Of a DNA stretch of 64,000 bases, positions 39,602 to 48,949 are shown piece by piece. Each line of letters opens with the position of its first letter. Positions within the stretch are counted from its first letter, which is position 1. A program made the position numbers and the translations under genes. Below the pieces are notes generated by a model. It was not told the origin of the DNA. It saw only the letters and a program-made list of their open reading frames with translations, and made no database searches. This DNA comes from Patescibacteria group bacterium (GTDB lineage: Bacteria > Patescibacteriota > Minisyncoccia > Phycocordibacterales > JBBTRF01), in NCBI GenBank assembly GCA_038065315.1, contig JBBTRF010000001.1:161642-225641 (forward strand), read 5' to 3'.

Positions 39602-39832
39602 CTACCCCTGCATCATCAACTTCTGGAGCTCCGACTGATGTACACGCATCACCTCCATCGAAGCGAGGTTCTTGTCTTTGCCCGCCTTGACCTTCGCATC
39701 CACCTCCTTTGCGATTTTTTCGAAAAAAGCAGGGTGCTTGGTGACTACGGCAATAATCTGCTCGCGCTGCGCCGCTGGCAATGCTTTGAGCTGCTTCTCC
39801 AGCATCTTCTTCATGAAAAATTCTTTGATCAT
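39602..39832 (-). CDS. Small helical hypothetical protein (76 aa)
   Basis: Charged alpha-helical composition; preferred over the overlapping 145-aa alternate-frame ORF 39540..39977. Confidence 0.3.
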   Translation of the reverse strand: MIKEFFMKKMLEKQLKALPAAQREQIIAVVTKHPAFFEKIAKEVDAKVKAGKDKNLASMEVMRVHQSELQKLMMQG

Positions 39833-39874
39833 ATGTGTTGTGGCGTTTGGCGCCGTTTGTTTCGTCGCCCCATT

Positions 39875-41257
39875 CTACTTCATCTTTTCGCCAAAGTGAA
39901 GCGGCTTCGAGCCTTTCGGATAGTGCACGAGCGGCAGTGCTGTCCACAATTTTCGCAAGGCATCCACGCACTTCCAACTCGCCTCAATCTCGCCCTTTGA
40001 CACAAAGCCTGTCTGTTCGTCGTGGAGAGCGTCGTGGTAGACCTTTTCATATCCGTCCGGCGCATTGTGCGTGTGACCCAAATGATCTTGAATCACCCGC
40101 CACGACATCATATCCTCTCGTCCACCAATATGGAAGGTGACCTGCGGATCTGGCTGAATGCGAAATTCAATACGGTCGCCATTTTTGAAATACACCACCA
40201 CTTCGGTCACCGAGGCATCGAGACCTTTGCCTGCAGACAGAATAAAACTCACCCCTTTCCAGCGCGGCATGTCAATAGAGGTCTCGCAAGAGAAAAAAGT
40301 TTCCGTCTGCGATCCAGCCTCCACACCCTCTTCGTGTTCATACCCCTCATATTGTCCACGGATGAGGCGCGGCAGCTTTCGATTTAACTTTGGTAACGAA
40401 AGTTTCGAGATCACCTTCCGACGCTCTTCACGGAAGGCTTCACTGTCATCGGTCTTCGGCTTCTCCATTGCAACGAGGGCGAGCATTTGGAGCAAATGAT
40501 TTTGTCCGACATCGCGAAGTGCACCGACATGATCATATAAAGAACCGCGACCTTGAATATCGATCTTCTCAAACAAATGGAATTCAATGTGGTCAATAAA
40601 CTCATGATTCCAAACATCTTTCAAACTCGGCTCGGTGAAATGCATGGTGAGCAAGTCCCAAAGCGGCATCTTCATGAGATAGTGGTCGATGCGGAAGATT
40701 TGCTCTTCAGAAAAAATGCGAGCGAGGAGTGCATTGATCTTTTTTGCACTCTTGGCGTCGATACCAATTGGCTTCTCGAGTAATACTCGTGTTTTCCCTG
40801 GTCCATCAGCGCAAGAAAGGTGTAGACCAGCCTTGTGCATATTCTCGAGGACGGGCTCGTAGAAAAAGGGTGAGAGTGCGAGGTGAAAAAGCTTGTGGCT
40901 GCATTCGCCGAGGCGCTCATCGATCTCCGCGAGTATTGGCATGAGGCGCTCGTAGGCATCGAGCTGATCAAAATATCCTTGATGGTATCGAACATGCGAA
41001 ATAAACTGCGACAACTTTGACTTCACTTCTTCGAAATCATGCTGGCCATCTGCACCGACTGACGAACACCACTCTTCCACCATCGCACCGAAAGCTTCGT
41101 CACTAAAAGGGCGTCGAGCGAAACCGACAATACAAAAACGATCTTCGTGGAGATAGCCGTTGAGGAACATGCGGAATAGCGACGGGAAGAGTTTCTTCTC
41201 CGCCAAATCGCCAGTGGCGCCGAAAATGACAATAGTGACAGGGGTATTGTGTTCCAT
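39875..41257 (-). CDS. zwf: Glucose-6-phosphate 1-dehydrogenase
   Basis: IFGATGDLAEKKLFPSLF (NADP-binding GxxGDLA) and RIDHYLMK (G6PD signature RIDHYLGKE-like). Confidence 0.85.
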   Translation of the reverse strand: MEHNTPVTIVIFGATGDLAEKKLFPSLFRMFLNGYLHEDRFCIVGFARRPFSDEAFGAMVEEWCSSVGADGQHDFEEVKSKLSQFISHVRYHQGYFDQLDAYERLMPILAEIDERLGECSHKLFHLALSPFFYEPVLENMHKAGLHLSCADGPGKTRVLLEKPIGIDAKSAKKINALLARIFSEEQIFRIDHYLMKMPLWDLLTMHFTEPSLKDVWNHEFIDHIEFHLFEKIDIQGRGSLYDHVGALRDVGQNHLLQMLALVAMEKPKTDDSEAFREERRKVISKLSLPKLNRKLPRLIRGQYEGYEHEEGVEAGSQTETFFSCETSIDMPRWKGVSFILSAGKGLDASVTEVVVYFKNGDRIEFRIQPDPQVTFHIGGREDMMSWRVIQDHLGHTHNAPDGYEKVYHDALHDEQTGFVSKGEIEASWKCVDALRKLWTALPLVHYPKGSKPLHFGEKMK

Positions 41258-41265
41258 TGATGATA

Positions 41266-41748
41266 TTATCGAGACGAAACGAGAAGAACGAGGACAACCA
41301 ACGCAAGCTGGCTAGCGATGCCGAGGAGTGTTTTACCTTCAAGACGATGCGAGGTGTGAATCCACCGATGAAACGCCTGAAGCTGCGCTATCGGCCCTTT
41401 TGGGTACTTACTATACACGAATTGGAGGAAATCGGGAAGGATTGCTGCAAGCGCTCCGATGAGCCAGAAGTAGTTTCCTATAGGGTGCCAAAAAAATACT
41501 CCAGCGACCACCAGACCAAGCAGCGCATCGCCGCCGATACGGACGAGATCAAGCATAAAAAGACGGTCGAACGTTAACTTCGTTGGCACATCAGGGTTTG
41601 CCGAAGCGGAAAGAATTTTGTAATCCCAATGAGGTAGCGCATCGAGCAAAAAGTGGCTGCCGAAGGCGAAAAGACCACCCAGGATCGGGTGGTTCGGAAG
41701 CGCGGCCGCGACGGCCGCGCCAACAACAGCGTGAGTCGATAAGGTCAT
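41266..41748 (-). CDS. Membrane protein, possible metal-dependent membrane hydrolase (YdjM/DUF457-like); hypothetical
   Basis: Multiple TM helices with conserved His/Asp positions (HFLLDALPH). Confidence 0.4.
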   Translation of the reverse strand: MTLSTHAVVGAAVAAALPNHPILGGLFAFGSHFLLDALPHWDYKILSASANPDVPTKLTFDRLFMLDLVRIGGDALLGLVVAGVFFWHPIGNYFWLIGALAAILPDFLQFVYSKYPKGPIAQLQAFHRWIHTSHRLEGKTLLGIASQLALVVLVLLVSSR

Positions 41749-42248
41749 TATGGCTTGGTAGGAGTCTGTGGGTCTTTTGGCGGGTCTTCATCGACAGACT
41801 CGTCCGGGCTCTCGATCAATCGCTCAGCGAAACCACGCAGTGACTTCACACTAAAATAAAAGGCGGCGAGAAAAGACAGTGCGAGCACTTGGTTGGTATA
41901 AAACAACACCTCGCGCACACCTTGCATACCGTACGTAGAGTAACCGGCAATCGAATGAAAGCCGAACACCAGCAAACCAAAGCCTGCCACAAGGACGTCG
42001 AAAATGAGAATCCACCGCGAATGCGGATTGGTGTAGCCAGCCGCAAATGTCACCGCAATAATCGCAAAAACAGAAAACGTCACAGGGATGGCGAGCTCAT
42101 TCTTGAAAAACGGCAATGTCGCCAGCATCACAAAAGCCACAAAGAAGAAGAAGCGGCGGATCGTGTGGCCGAAGTAATGCGGAATCTCATCTCGGTGTCT
42201 CGAGCCCAGTGTCCACTTATTCTCGTCGTATGTTTCGTATTCAACCAT
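41748..42248 (-). CDS. Multi-pass membrane protein, hypothetical
   Basis: Four predicted TM helices; Pro/Asp-rich C-terminal tail. Confidence 0.4.
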   Translation of the reverse strand: MVEYETYDENKWTLGSRHRDEIPHYFGHTIRRFFFFVAFVMLATLPFFKNELAIPVTFSVFAIIAVTFAAGYTNPHSRWILIFDVLVAGFGLLVFGFHSIAGYSTYGMQGVREVLFYTNQVLALSFLAAFYFSVKSLRGFAERLIESPDESVDEDPPKDPQTPTKP

Positions 42249-42257
42249 ATTGTTTGC

Positions 42258-42650
42258 CTATAGCACCCCGAGCACCTTCCCTACTTCCTCCAAAATATCA
42301 TCCGGGGTGAGGAGAGCCTTCACCAAAAACTTCTTCGCGCCAAGCTCCGCACCTTTCTCAATATCACTCTTCTGATTCAAATTGGAAAGAAGCACGACAG
42401 GAATCGCCTTTGTCGCGGCGTCGGATTTTACCTTCTTCAAAATCTCGAATCCGTTGAGCCCGGGCAACAGTACATCGAGCACAATGAGATCTGGCTTCTC
42501 TTTCTCCAACACGGAAAACACCTCGTCACCATTCTTCGCATGGAACAGCGTTGGCGCATACTTCGCAAGCTTCTTCGTCATCAAATCGCTCAAAAACATA
42601 TCGTCCTCCACCCACAAAATCTTCTTGCCAGCGAGTGCCTTTTCTTTCAT
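42258..42650 (-). CDS. Response regulator, receiver domain only (CheY-like)
   Basis: ILWVEDD ... DLIVLDVLLPGLNGFE ... K; conserved phospho-acceptor Asp context. Confidence 0.8.
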   Translation of the reverse strand: MKEKALAGKKILWVEDDMFLSDLMTKKLAKYAPTLFHAKNGDEVFSVLEKEKPDLIVLDVLLPGLNGFEILKKVKSDAATKAIPVVLLSNLNQKSDIEKGAELGAKKFLVKALLTPDDILEEVGKVLGVL

Positions 42651-42662
42651 CAGCCTATTGTA

Positions 42663-43916
42663 TTACTTTTTCAACGGTAATTCAACTGTAAACGTACTCC
42701 CGGCGTTTTCTCGCGTGACAAATCGAATCGTACCACCGTGGTCCTCGATGATTTTTTTCACAATAAACAAACCGAGGCCGGTACCGCCATTTTCTGCCTT
42801 GATCGCGTTGCGTGCTCTGAAGAAACGCTCAAAAACATGAGCTTTTTGCTCCTCGGGAATGCCGATGCCTTGATCAGCAACATTCACACGCAGCATCTGT
42901 CCGGCAATCTCAGCCGTCACGGCAATGGCGCCGCCGGCACGACTGTATTTGATCGCGTTGTCGATGAGATTTTGCAATGCCGAATGCAGCCGTTCCGCAT
43001 CGGCCCTTACGGTCGGTAGCGGCTGCTTCGTATACGCCAGAGACACCTCCCTCTTTTTGGCAAAAGCGGCAAGCTCTTCGATCGCATCTTCAATCACTTC
43101 TTCCACCTGCACCGGACCAAAAGAATAGCTGAGTTGGCCCACCTCCACACTGTTGGCATCCAAAAGATCGTTTACGAGCTTGATCATGTGATCATTCGTT
43201 TCACCCATCTTCTTCATGTACTGCTTCTGCTCGTCGGAAAGCTCGCCGACATCACCGGAATTAAAAAGGCTCAACGTCCACTTCAAAGCCGAAAGTGGTG
43301 TACGGAGCTGATGCGCAACGACAGAAATAAAGTCGGACTTTGCCTGGTCGAGGCCACGGAGTTCCGTGTTTGCTTTCTGCAACTCCTCGCTCTGCGCCTT
43401 GAGCACTTTCTCGGTCTTTACTTTTTCGTCGAGCAGCTTCTGCAGACTCTCGGTACGTTGAGCGACGCGGAATTCAAGCTCGTCGTTCATCTTTTCGAGC
43501 TCCCAAGTCTGATCTTTCACGCGTCGAGCGAGGTCAACCCTCGAAAGCAGCCTCAGGCGCTCTTCTTCGAGATAGCCATTCGGCAGAAGTGTCACCACGC
43601 TGGACATTCCCTGTCCGTCCGGATGCAGTTTCTCAAGGTCGGTAAAAATTCGTAGGAGATGTTGCGTCACTTTCTTGCGACCAATACTGTCTTCCAACTG
43701 TCCGACAAGCGCGCGAACAAAAATACCGACATGCTGATCGTGCGGGGCGGGCAGGTTGCAAGTGAGCCGCCCTTTTCGGTCGACAGAAAGATCATCTTCA
43801 GTATAGAAACGAGAGAGCACTTCAGACACTCGGCGGGCGCCGATCTGATTCGCCGCGAGAGCGACCACCGCATCGCCAAACTCATGGGCGAGGCGCGGAG
43901 GAATATCTGAATTCAT
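42663..43916 (-). CDS. Sensor histidine kinase (cytoplasmic; coiled-coil plus HisKA plus HATPase_c)
   Basis: H-box VAHQLRTPLSAL, N-box, and G-boxes GGTGLGLFIVKKIIEDHGGTI; no TM segment. Start set at the internal Met to limit overlap with trhO. Confidence 0.75.
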   Translation of the reverse strand: MNSDIPPRLAHEFGDAVVALAANQIGARRVSEVLSRFYTEDDLSVDRKGRLTCNLPAPHDQHVGIFVRALVGQLEDSIGRKKVTQHLLRIFTDLEKLHPDGQGMSSVVTLLPNGYLEEERLRLLSRVDLARRVKDQTWELEKMNDELEFRVAQRTESLQKLLDEKVKTEKVLKAQSEELQKANTELRGLDQAKSDFISVVAHQLRTPLSALKWTLSLFNSGDVGELSDEQKQYMKKMGETNDHMIKLVNDLLDANSVEVGQLSYSFGPVQVEEVIEDAIEELAAFAKKREVSLAYTKQPLPTVRADAERLHSALQNLIDNAIKYSRAGGAIAVTAEIAGQMLRVNVADQGIGIPEEQKAHVFERFFRARNAIKAENGGTGLGLFIVKKIIEDHGGTIRFVTRENAGSTFTVELPLKK

Positions 43917-43924
43917 GAAGCAAA

Positions 43925-44818
43925 TTATACCACAGCCGTTTTCGCGCACGCTAGGCAAAACGCCGCGCCATCCGCCTCGGAACAGCCTTCGCAAATGATG
44001 AGGTGGTCGTGGCAGGCGAGATTCTTGCAGTTGACATACCGTTCCGATGGCGTCTCGCAGCGTCCGCAGCGGCCGACCACCTTGTGGGTCTTCGGATCAT
44101 TAAAATTCATCGTGACGCGGCCATCGAAGACATACAAGCTACCCTCAAAATCTTTTCCTGGAAACTTTTCCATATACGTGACAATACCACCATCGAGCTG
44201 GTACACGTCCTTGAACCCTTTTTTGAGCAAATACCCCGAAGCCTTTTCGCAACGTACGCCGGCAGTGCAGACAGTGAGGATTGGTTTTTCTTTCAAATCA
44301 GCAATCTCTTCTGCTACTTTCGGCAAGTCTCGAAAATTACTCATCTTTGGAATATGCGCGCCTTTAAACTGACCGACAGAGTGCTCGTAGTTGTTGCGCA
44401 TGTCGACGATAGAAAATTGTTTTCCCTGCTCAAACCATTCACGCAAGGTTTCCGGCTTCAGGTGAGTTGCAGTGAGTTCCGTCGGATTTACATCGCCTGT
44501 CTGAGGGTCGAGGTCATCGAGGTGAGCACTCACGATCTCCTTGCGAGCTTTTACGGAGAGACGCGGGAAAGCTGTACCGTCGGCAGTACCGGCGCTGCGC
44601 TTCCAGTGAATATCAGCAAAGCGCGGGTCCTGCTTCATTTCCATGACATAGGCCTCGACATTCTCGCTGAGACCCTCGAAAGTACCGTTGATTCCTTCTT
44701 CGGCAACGATGATGCGACCTTTCAAGCCCAGCTTCTCGCAAAGGGCTTTTTGGGCCAACATGAGGGCCCTTGGATCAGCAACATGGACGTATTTGTAATA
44801 AATGAGGATGGTGTACAT
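43925..44818 (-). CDS. trhO: Rhodanese-domain protein TrhO/YceA (tRNA uridine-34 hydroxylase family, UPF0176)
   Basis: MYTILIYYKYVHVADP N-terminus characteristic of UPF0176; rhodanese Cys loop (CTAGVRCEKA); C-terminal CxxC cluster. Confidence 0.7.
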   Translation of the reverse strand: MYTILIYYKYVHVADPRALMLAQKALCEKLGLKGRIIVAEEGINGTFEGLSENVEAYVMEMKQDPRFADIHWKRSAGTADGTAFPRLSVKARKEIVSAHLDDLDPQTGDVNPTELTATHLKPETLREWFEQGKQFSIVDMRNNYEHSVGQFKGAHIPKMSNFRDLPKVAEEIADLKEKPILTVCTAGVRCEKASGYLLKKGFKDVYQLDGGIVTYMEKFPGKDFEGSLYVFDGRVTMNFNDPKTHKVVGRCGRCETPSERYVNCKNLACHDHLIICEGCSEADGAAFCLACAKTAVV

Positions 44819-44931
44819 GAATGATTTTTGTGCCTCTATTGTATATCACGATGCCGACAAAAAGAAAACGCCCGCCGCGACACAAGGTGCGCGACGGGCG
44901 GACAAAAACCCGAATAGTTGGAAAGCGGACA

Positions 44932-45636
44932 TCATGCCGCAGCGGCAGATCGAGGAACCCACGGATGCTGGTGCCATGGCCGCAACTGGCTCTTAGCACT
45001 CGCCAAACGACCACGCAGATCAATCGCGCGACGCAGTGCCGAAAAAGCGGCGGCGATGTGTTCCGGCCCATCGAGATCATTGACGACGGTAGCCTGACAT
45101 TCTGAAACGCACCCCAGCTCCTTTTTAGCTGATGCGAGACGTGCAGCAACCTCCTCTTCGGAGATGGGCTTTCCTTGCGCCAATGCACGAACCCGCAAGT
45201 GCCGTTCCACGGTTGCCATTGAAGCGTAGATGAAGATCGCCAACAGGCCGTGACGGATCAACTCATCATCATGCGCCTTGATCTGCCGCAAGCCTTGAAT
45301 ATCAATCGCGCAGACCACATCCTCACCGGCAGCGAGACTTTCCAGGATCGGCGCTTTGGGTGTGCCATAGAGATTACCGTGCACCTCAGCATATTCGAGG
45401 AATAGTCCCTCCTGCTGACGTTTCATGAACACTTCACGAGTAAAGAAGTAGTAATCCTTCCCATCTTCTTCATCGGGACGTGGAGCGCGTGTCGTGCAGG
45501 TGATCTGCCGACGACCATACCCTCCCTTCACCAACATGTCCACAAAGGTCGTTTTCCCGACTGCTGTCGGACCAACAAGGCAGGTGAACCTACCGTTTTG
45601 TGGGCTGTGTTTTTGACCAGGACTGGAACTTGCCAT
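44932..45636 (-). CDS. gmk: Guanylate kinase
   Basis: LVGPTAVGKTT P-loop; TTRAPRPDEEDGKDYYF; EYAEVHGNLYGT. Confidence 0.8.
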   Translation of the reverse strand: MASSSPGQKHSPQNGRFTCLVGPTAVGKTTFVDMLVKGGYGRRQITCTTRAPRPDEEDGKDYYFFTREVFMKRQQEGLFLEYAEVHGNLYGTPKAPILESLAAGEDVVCAIDIQGLRQIKAHDDELIRHGLLAIFIYASMATVERHLRVRALAQGKPISEEEVAARLASAKKELGCVSECQATVVNDLDGPEHIAAAFSALRRAIDLRGRLASAKSQLRPWHQHPWVPRSAAAA

Positions 45637-45747
45637 AGGCTTAGCTAATTTTCCAAAATTTGGGTATCAAAGATCCCACCCCCGACATCCGGAGGTGATA
45701 GAGTTATACCCTAAATATCATAAAGTGGCAATAGACATTTCGCCTGT

Positions 45748-46452
45748 CTACTTCTTCCAATCCCCACTATTGAAACGGTTGCCGCTCGCGTTCATGTGCC
45801 AGCTGTGCGGATGGGTACCGTGGATCTTGTGCCAAAATTGCCGCGCGCTTTCAGTGAACAGCTTGTTGTAGACGACGACCTTGCGAGACTCGAGCAGTTT
45901 GCCACCTAATTCATTGCCGCGCGAGTGTTCTTCCATCAGCTCTAATTCCACGTCTAGAGTGTCGGCATCTTTCACGATCTTCGCCTCTAGCGATTGACGC
46001 TTTTCGTATTCGGCAAGTAGTGGCAAGACCTCGGCAGCAAAAACAGTCCCGTTAAACATATCGTGTGCACCCTTTTCCTCATCGCGCTGAGTGTATTGGC
46101 GAGAAATATAGTCAACATCACCCGTGCGGCTCTCAGCGAGGTCGTGTGCCATGGCGATCTTCAGGATCTTTTCTTCGCTCATTTTCTTGGTCGCGCCACC
46201 CATCTCCCTTTCATGCTTCGCGAGCATCAAGGCCGTCCACATCACACGAAACGTGTGCTCCGAAGCATTTGCCACGTCAGGATTGTGAAATCGCTTCCAT
46301 GTGCGCTGGACGTGCCGAAAACAGCCAATCTCGTAGAGAAGTTCGGTATCGCGGGTGAGGTCTCGCTGAATCGGCACCTTTTCTGCAGTAGCAACTTTCT
46401 TGTTCGATCTAGCTTTCATGAGGACAGTATATAAAAATGACAGGAAAGCCAC
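45748..46452 (-). CDS. HD-domain phosphohydrolase (YfbR-like 5'-deoxynucleotidase family)
   Basis: SEHTFRV...H...AMAHDLAESRTGD, the HD motif. Confidence 0.7.
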   Translation of the reverse strand: MAFLSFLYTVLMKARSNKKVATAEKVPIQRDLTRDTELLYEIGCFRHVQRTWKRFHNPDVANASEHTFRVMWTALMLAKHEREMGGATKKMSEEKILKIAMAHDLAESRTGDVDYISRQYTQRDEEKGAHDMFNGTVFAAEVLPLLAEYEKRQSLEAKIVKDADTLDVELELMEEHSRGNELGGKLLESRKVVVYNKLFTESARQFWHKIHGTHPHSWHMNASGNRFNSGDWKK

Positions 46453-46931
46453 AACGTTGACACCTCCCGCAACTCCTGCGACAAAATCTTTGCCGAATAA
46501 TTGGCCGTGGAAGGCTGGTCAAAATGGAATTTGCCGTGGAAGGTCTTGCCCGCAAGCAGCAACGGCAGCCAGTGAATATCGTCGGACCACATCTGCTCGT
46601 AGGGGATCTTCGCAAGGTCGAACCAACACGGTGTCATCTCCTCGGTCTCCGCGGGTGTGCCGCTGAATTTCGTAGCCTCAAACACATGCACCTCGAGTAT
46701 TTTCGGATTGTTTTCGAAACTGAATTCGAGGATACCTTTCTGCCGAATATCCAAAGTCTCGATACATACCTCTTCCCGAAGCTCACGGACCGCTGCAACA
46801 TCAATCGCCTCGCCAGGTTCAACTTTCCCGCCAAACCCATTCCAGCGGCCAGCACCGAGGCCAACCTTTTTCATGCCGAGAAGGATCTTCGGACCTTGAT
46901 GGACGACACAAGGGGTGAATAGCTTTCTCAT
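46416..46931 (-). CDS. NUDIX hydrolase (MutT-like)
   Basis: Nudix box GGKVEPGEAIDVAAVRELREEVCIE; start set at the internal Met (ATG at 46931), giving a 172-aa typical MutT size; the ORF track extends to 47048. Confidence 0.7.
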   Translation of the reverse strand: MRKLFTPCVVHQGPKILLGMKKVGLGAGRWNGFGGKVEPGEAIDVAAVRELREEVCIETLDIRQKGILEFSFENNPKILEVHVFEATKFSGTPAETEEMTPCWFDLAKIPYEQMWSDDIHWLPLLLAGKTFHGKFHFDQPSTANYSAKILSQELREVSTLWLSCHFYILSS

Positions 46932-47013
46932 GAAGATAATAGTAGCAAACAATGCACCGAAAATCCCCGTCGCCGGGGATTTTCGGTGTTCAATTACATT
47001 CAGCCTCTTACAC

Positions 47014-47490
47014 CTAGAACCCAAATCGACCGAAACCACCCATGCCACGCTCGCCCTTCATGCCGTGGCCCTTGCCTTTGGCTTTTCCGGCATTCGTAGC
47101 GGCCTGAGTAGTAACAAAGCTGAGACGCTGATCAGCCTGGGCCTGCGTGATCACACCCTGTGACACGAGTGCCTGAAGTTGGCTGGTGAGCTGAGCCTTG
47201 CGCTGAGCTTCCATCTTGGTCTTCAAGACTTCTTTCGTGACGCCTTTCTCAGCGGCCAACTGCTCAAGAGACTTACCTTGAGCCCACGCCGCCTTCACTT
47301 CGGCCACTGTGGCACCAATGAGTGTCGCCTGAGCTTCGAACATGGTCGATTGCTTGGTCGCAATCTCCTGCGGAGTGAGATTCGCCATCGGAAAGCCATG
47401 AGCCGAAGCGGTGGTCGTTCCCGCCAGCAAGCCGAGTCCGAGGACCGGCAAAATTGCGTATAATGCGAGTTTCGTTTTGGTTTGTTTCAT
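47014..47490 (-). CDS. Secreted hypothetical protein (signal peptide, helical, Gly-rich basic tail)
   Basis: MKQTKTKLALYAILPVLGLGLLAGTTTASA signal peptide; downstream of the anti-sigma-like gene. Confidence 0.5.
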   Translation of the reverse strand: MKQTKTKLALYAILPVLGLGLLAGTTTASAHGFPMANLTPQEIATKQSTMFEAQATLIGATVAEVKAAWAQGKSLEQLAAEKGVTKEVLKTKMEAQRKAQLTSQLQALVSQGVITQAQADQRLSFVTTQAATNAGKAKGKGHGMKGERGMGGFGRFGF

Positions 47491-47584
47491 ATGTTTTCTT
47501 TGTTGTATATTATCGAATAATCCGCGCGCACCGGCGAACCTCTGCCGGCACCTATTAATACAATTTCGGATACAACATATTTCA

Positions 47585-48355
47585 CTATTTCGCCTCCTGC
47601 CCGCGTCGACCCCACATCATGCCGTGAGGTACTGGCGGACGCACACGATCATCGATACGTCGAATGCCAACTGCTTCGATAGTGCTACTTGCCCGCTCGC
47701 CCAACACCACGATCTCATCGCCAAGCTGAAGATCGAGACCGAATGGAAATTCCGTCTCAGAAGCAATGTTCACTTCGAATACGTCACCGCGCCGCGTGGT
47801 GAGCATCAGACCTCCCTCAGTAAAGGCTGAAATACTGCCGCGATGCACACCGTCGCCGCGCGGCAACACGTAGCCGCGGTAAAATGGATCCATCACCGGC
47901 ATCCCCTGCCGTTCGACAAATTTGAATACCTGTCCATGGAAGTCGATACGGAAGAGTAGCGCGCTGCCCAGCACTACCAATCCCAATACACCGAATAATG
48001 AATACAAGAGCGGCTTGCGATACCCGAAAGCGTAGCGCTTCACGAGCAATTCAAGGAGAAAGATAAATATCAGCGACACGAGAATCAGTATCCAAGGCAA
48101 TGAAAAAAGAAACACGCCGACACCATGAAAACCGAAGCCGGGGATAAAGAGCAGACCCGCCTCGCGCAAAGCGAACAAAATGAAGCTGATCAGATACAGC
48201 GCCGCCATGGCCAAAATAATCATGCCCAGAATACCTAAAACAGCCTTCAATACGAAATGCCAACGCGGACGCATCACCATCTGCCCCTCCTTGATCTTGG
48301 CGAGCAATGTCTCTTGTAGTGTGTTGTTATGATTGTGTTCCATAGGTGTGTTCAT
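47585..48355 (-). CDS. Membrane protein, putative anti-sigma factor partner of the upstream ECF sigma
   Basis: Overlaps the ECF sigma gene's 3' end; cytoplasmic N-terminal segment then four TM helices, then a soluble C-terminal domain. Role is inferred from position only. Confidence 0.45.
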   Translation of the reverse strand: MNTPMEHNHNNTLQETLLAKIKEGQMVMRPRWHFVLKAVLGILGMIILAMAALYLISFILFALREAGLLFIPGFGFHGVGVFLFSLPWILILVSLIFIFLLELLVKRYAFGYRKPLLYSLFGVLGLVVLGSALLFRIDFHGQVFKFVERQGMPVMDPFYRGYVLPRGDGVHRGSISAFTEGGLMLTTRRGDVFEVNIASETEFPFGLDLQLGDEIVVLGERASSTIEAVGIRRIDDRVRPPVPHGMMWGRRGQEAK

Positions 48356-48893
48356 AGATCTTTTTTAACTGCGCTTTCGCCCGCCGGAGTCTCACGCCGA
48401 CCGTCGACATTGGGATCTGGAGCACTTCGGCGATCTCCTGATACCCCAACTCTTCATAATACGAGAGGATGAGCACCTCCTGGTATTTCGCATCAAGCTC
48501 GTGAAGGCATTTGTCGAGCAATTCTTTGTTGATCCTCCCTTCCGCTTCCGTATCTGCCGTCTCTTCGGCGATGGGATGCGGGAACAATATATCTTTATCA
48601 AAATCGAAGAATGGAAAGAACTTGAAACGATTTTTCTTCAGTGCGTTCACAAACTCATTGTGCGCGATGCGATAGATCCACGGCGAGAAACGTTTACTCG
48701 TGTCAAAGCTGCGAATATTCATGTACGTTTTCACAAACACTTCCTGCACAAGGTCTTTGATATCTTCCGTATCCTGCAGAAATTTTCGGCCGTAGCGCAA
48801 AATTTTCTTTTCATAACGCGACATCAGCACGCCAAAAGCCTCAGCGTCGCCGGCTTGAACCTTCCCTACAATTTGTTCATCGGTAGGTTCCAT
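48327..48893 (-). CDS. ECF-type RNA polymerase sigma-70 factor
   Basis: Region 2 (DLVQEVFVKTY...PWIYRIAHNEFVN) and region 4 (YQEIAEVLQIPMSTVGVRLRRAKAQLKK). Confidence 0.8.
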   Translation of the reverse strand: MEPTDEQIVGKVQAGDAEAFGVLMSRYEKKILRYGRKFLQDTEDIKDLVQEVFVKTYMNIRSFDTSKRFSPWIYRIAHNEFVNALKKNRFKFFPFFDFDKDILFPHPIAEETADTEAEGRINKELLDKCLHELDAKYQEVLILSYYEELGYQEIAEVLQIPMSTVGVRLRRAKAQLKKIYEHTYGTQS

Positions 48894-48949
48894 ACAGCAA
48901 AAGTAGTCGGCTGAACCGATACATTATGTAATACAAATGTCAGTCGATT

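Noticed and set aside
39540-39977. 145-aa minus-strand ORF in an alternate frame over the 76-aa ORF
   Set aside because: Its composition (Arg/Gly/Cys-rich, no hydrophobic core pattern) looks non-coding, and the 76-aa frame reads as a clean helical protein. Both are low confidence.
44994-45002. CIRCE-like half-site TTAGCACTC
   Set aside because: No GAGTGCTAA partner 9 nt downstream; it lies inside the gmk coding region, far from the dnaK/grpE genes.
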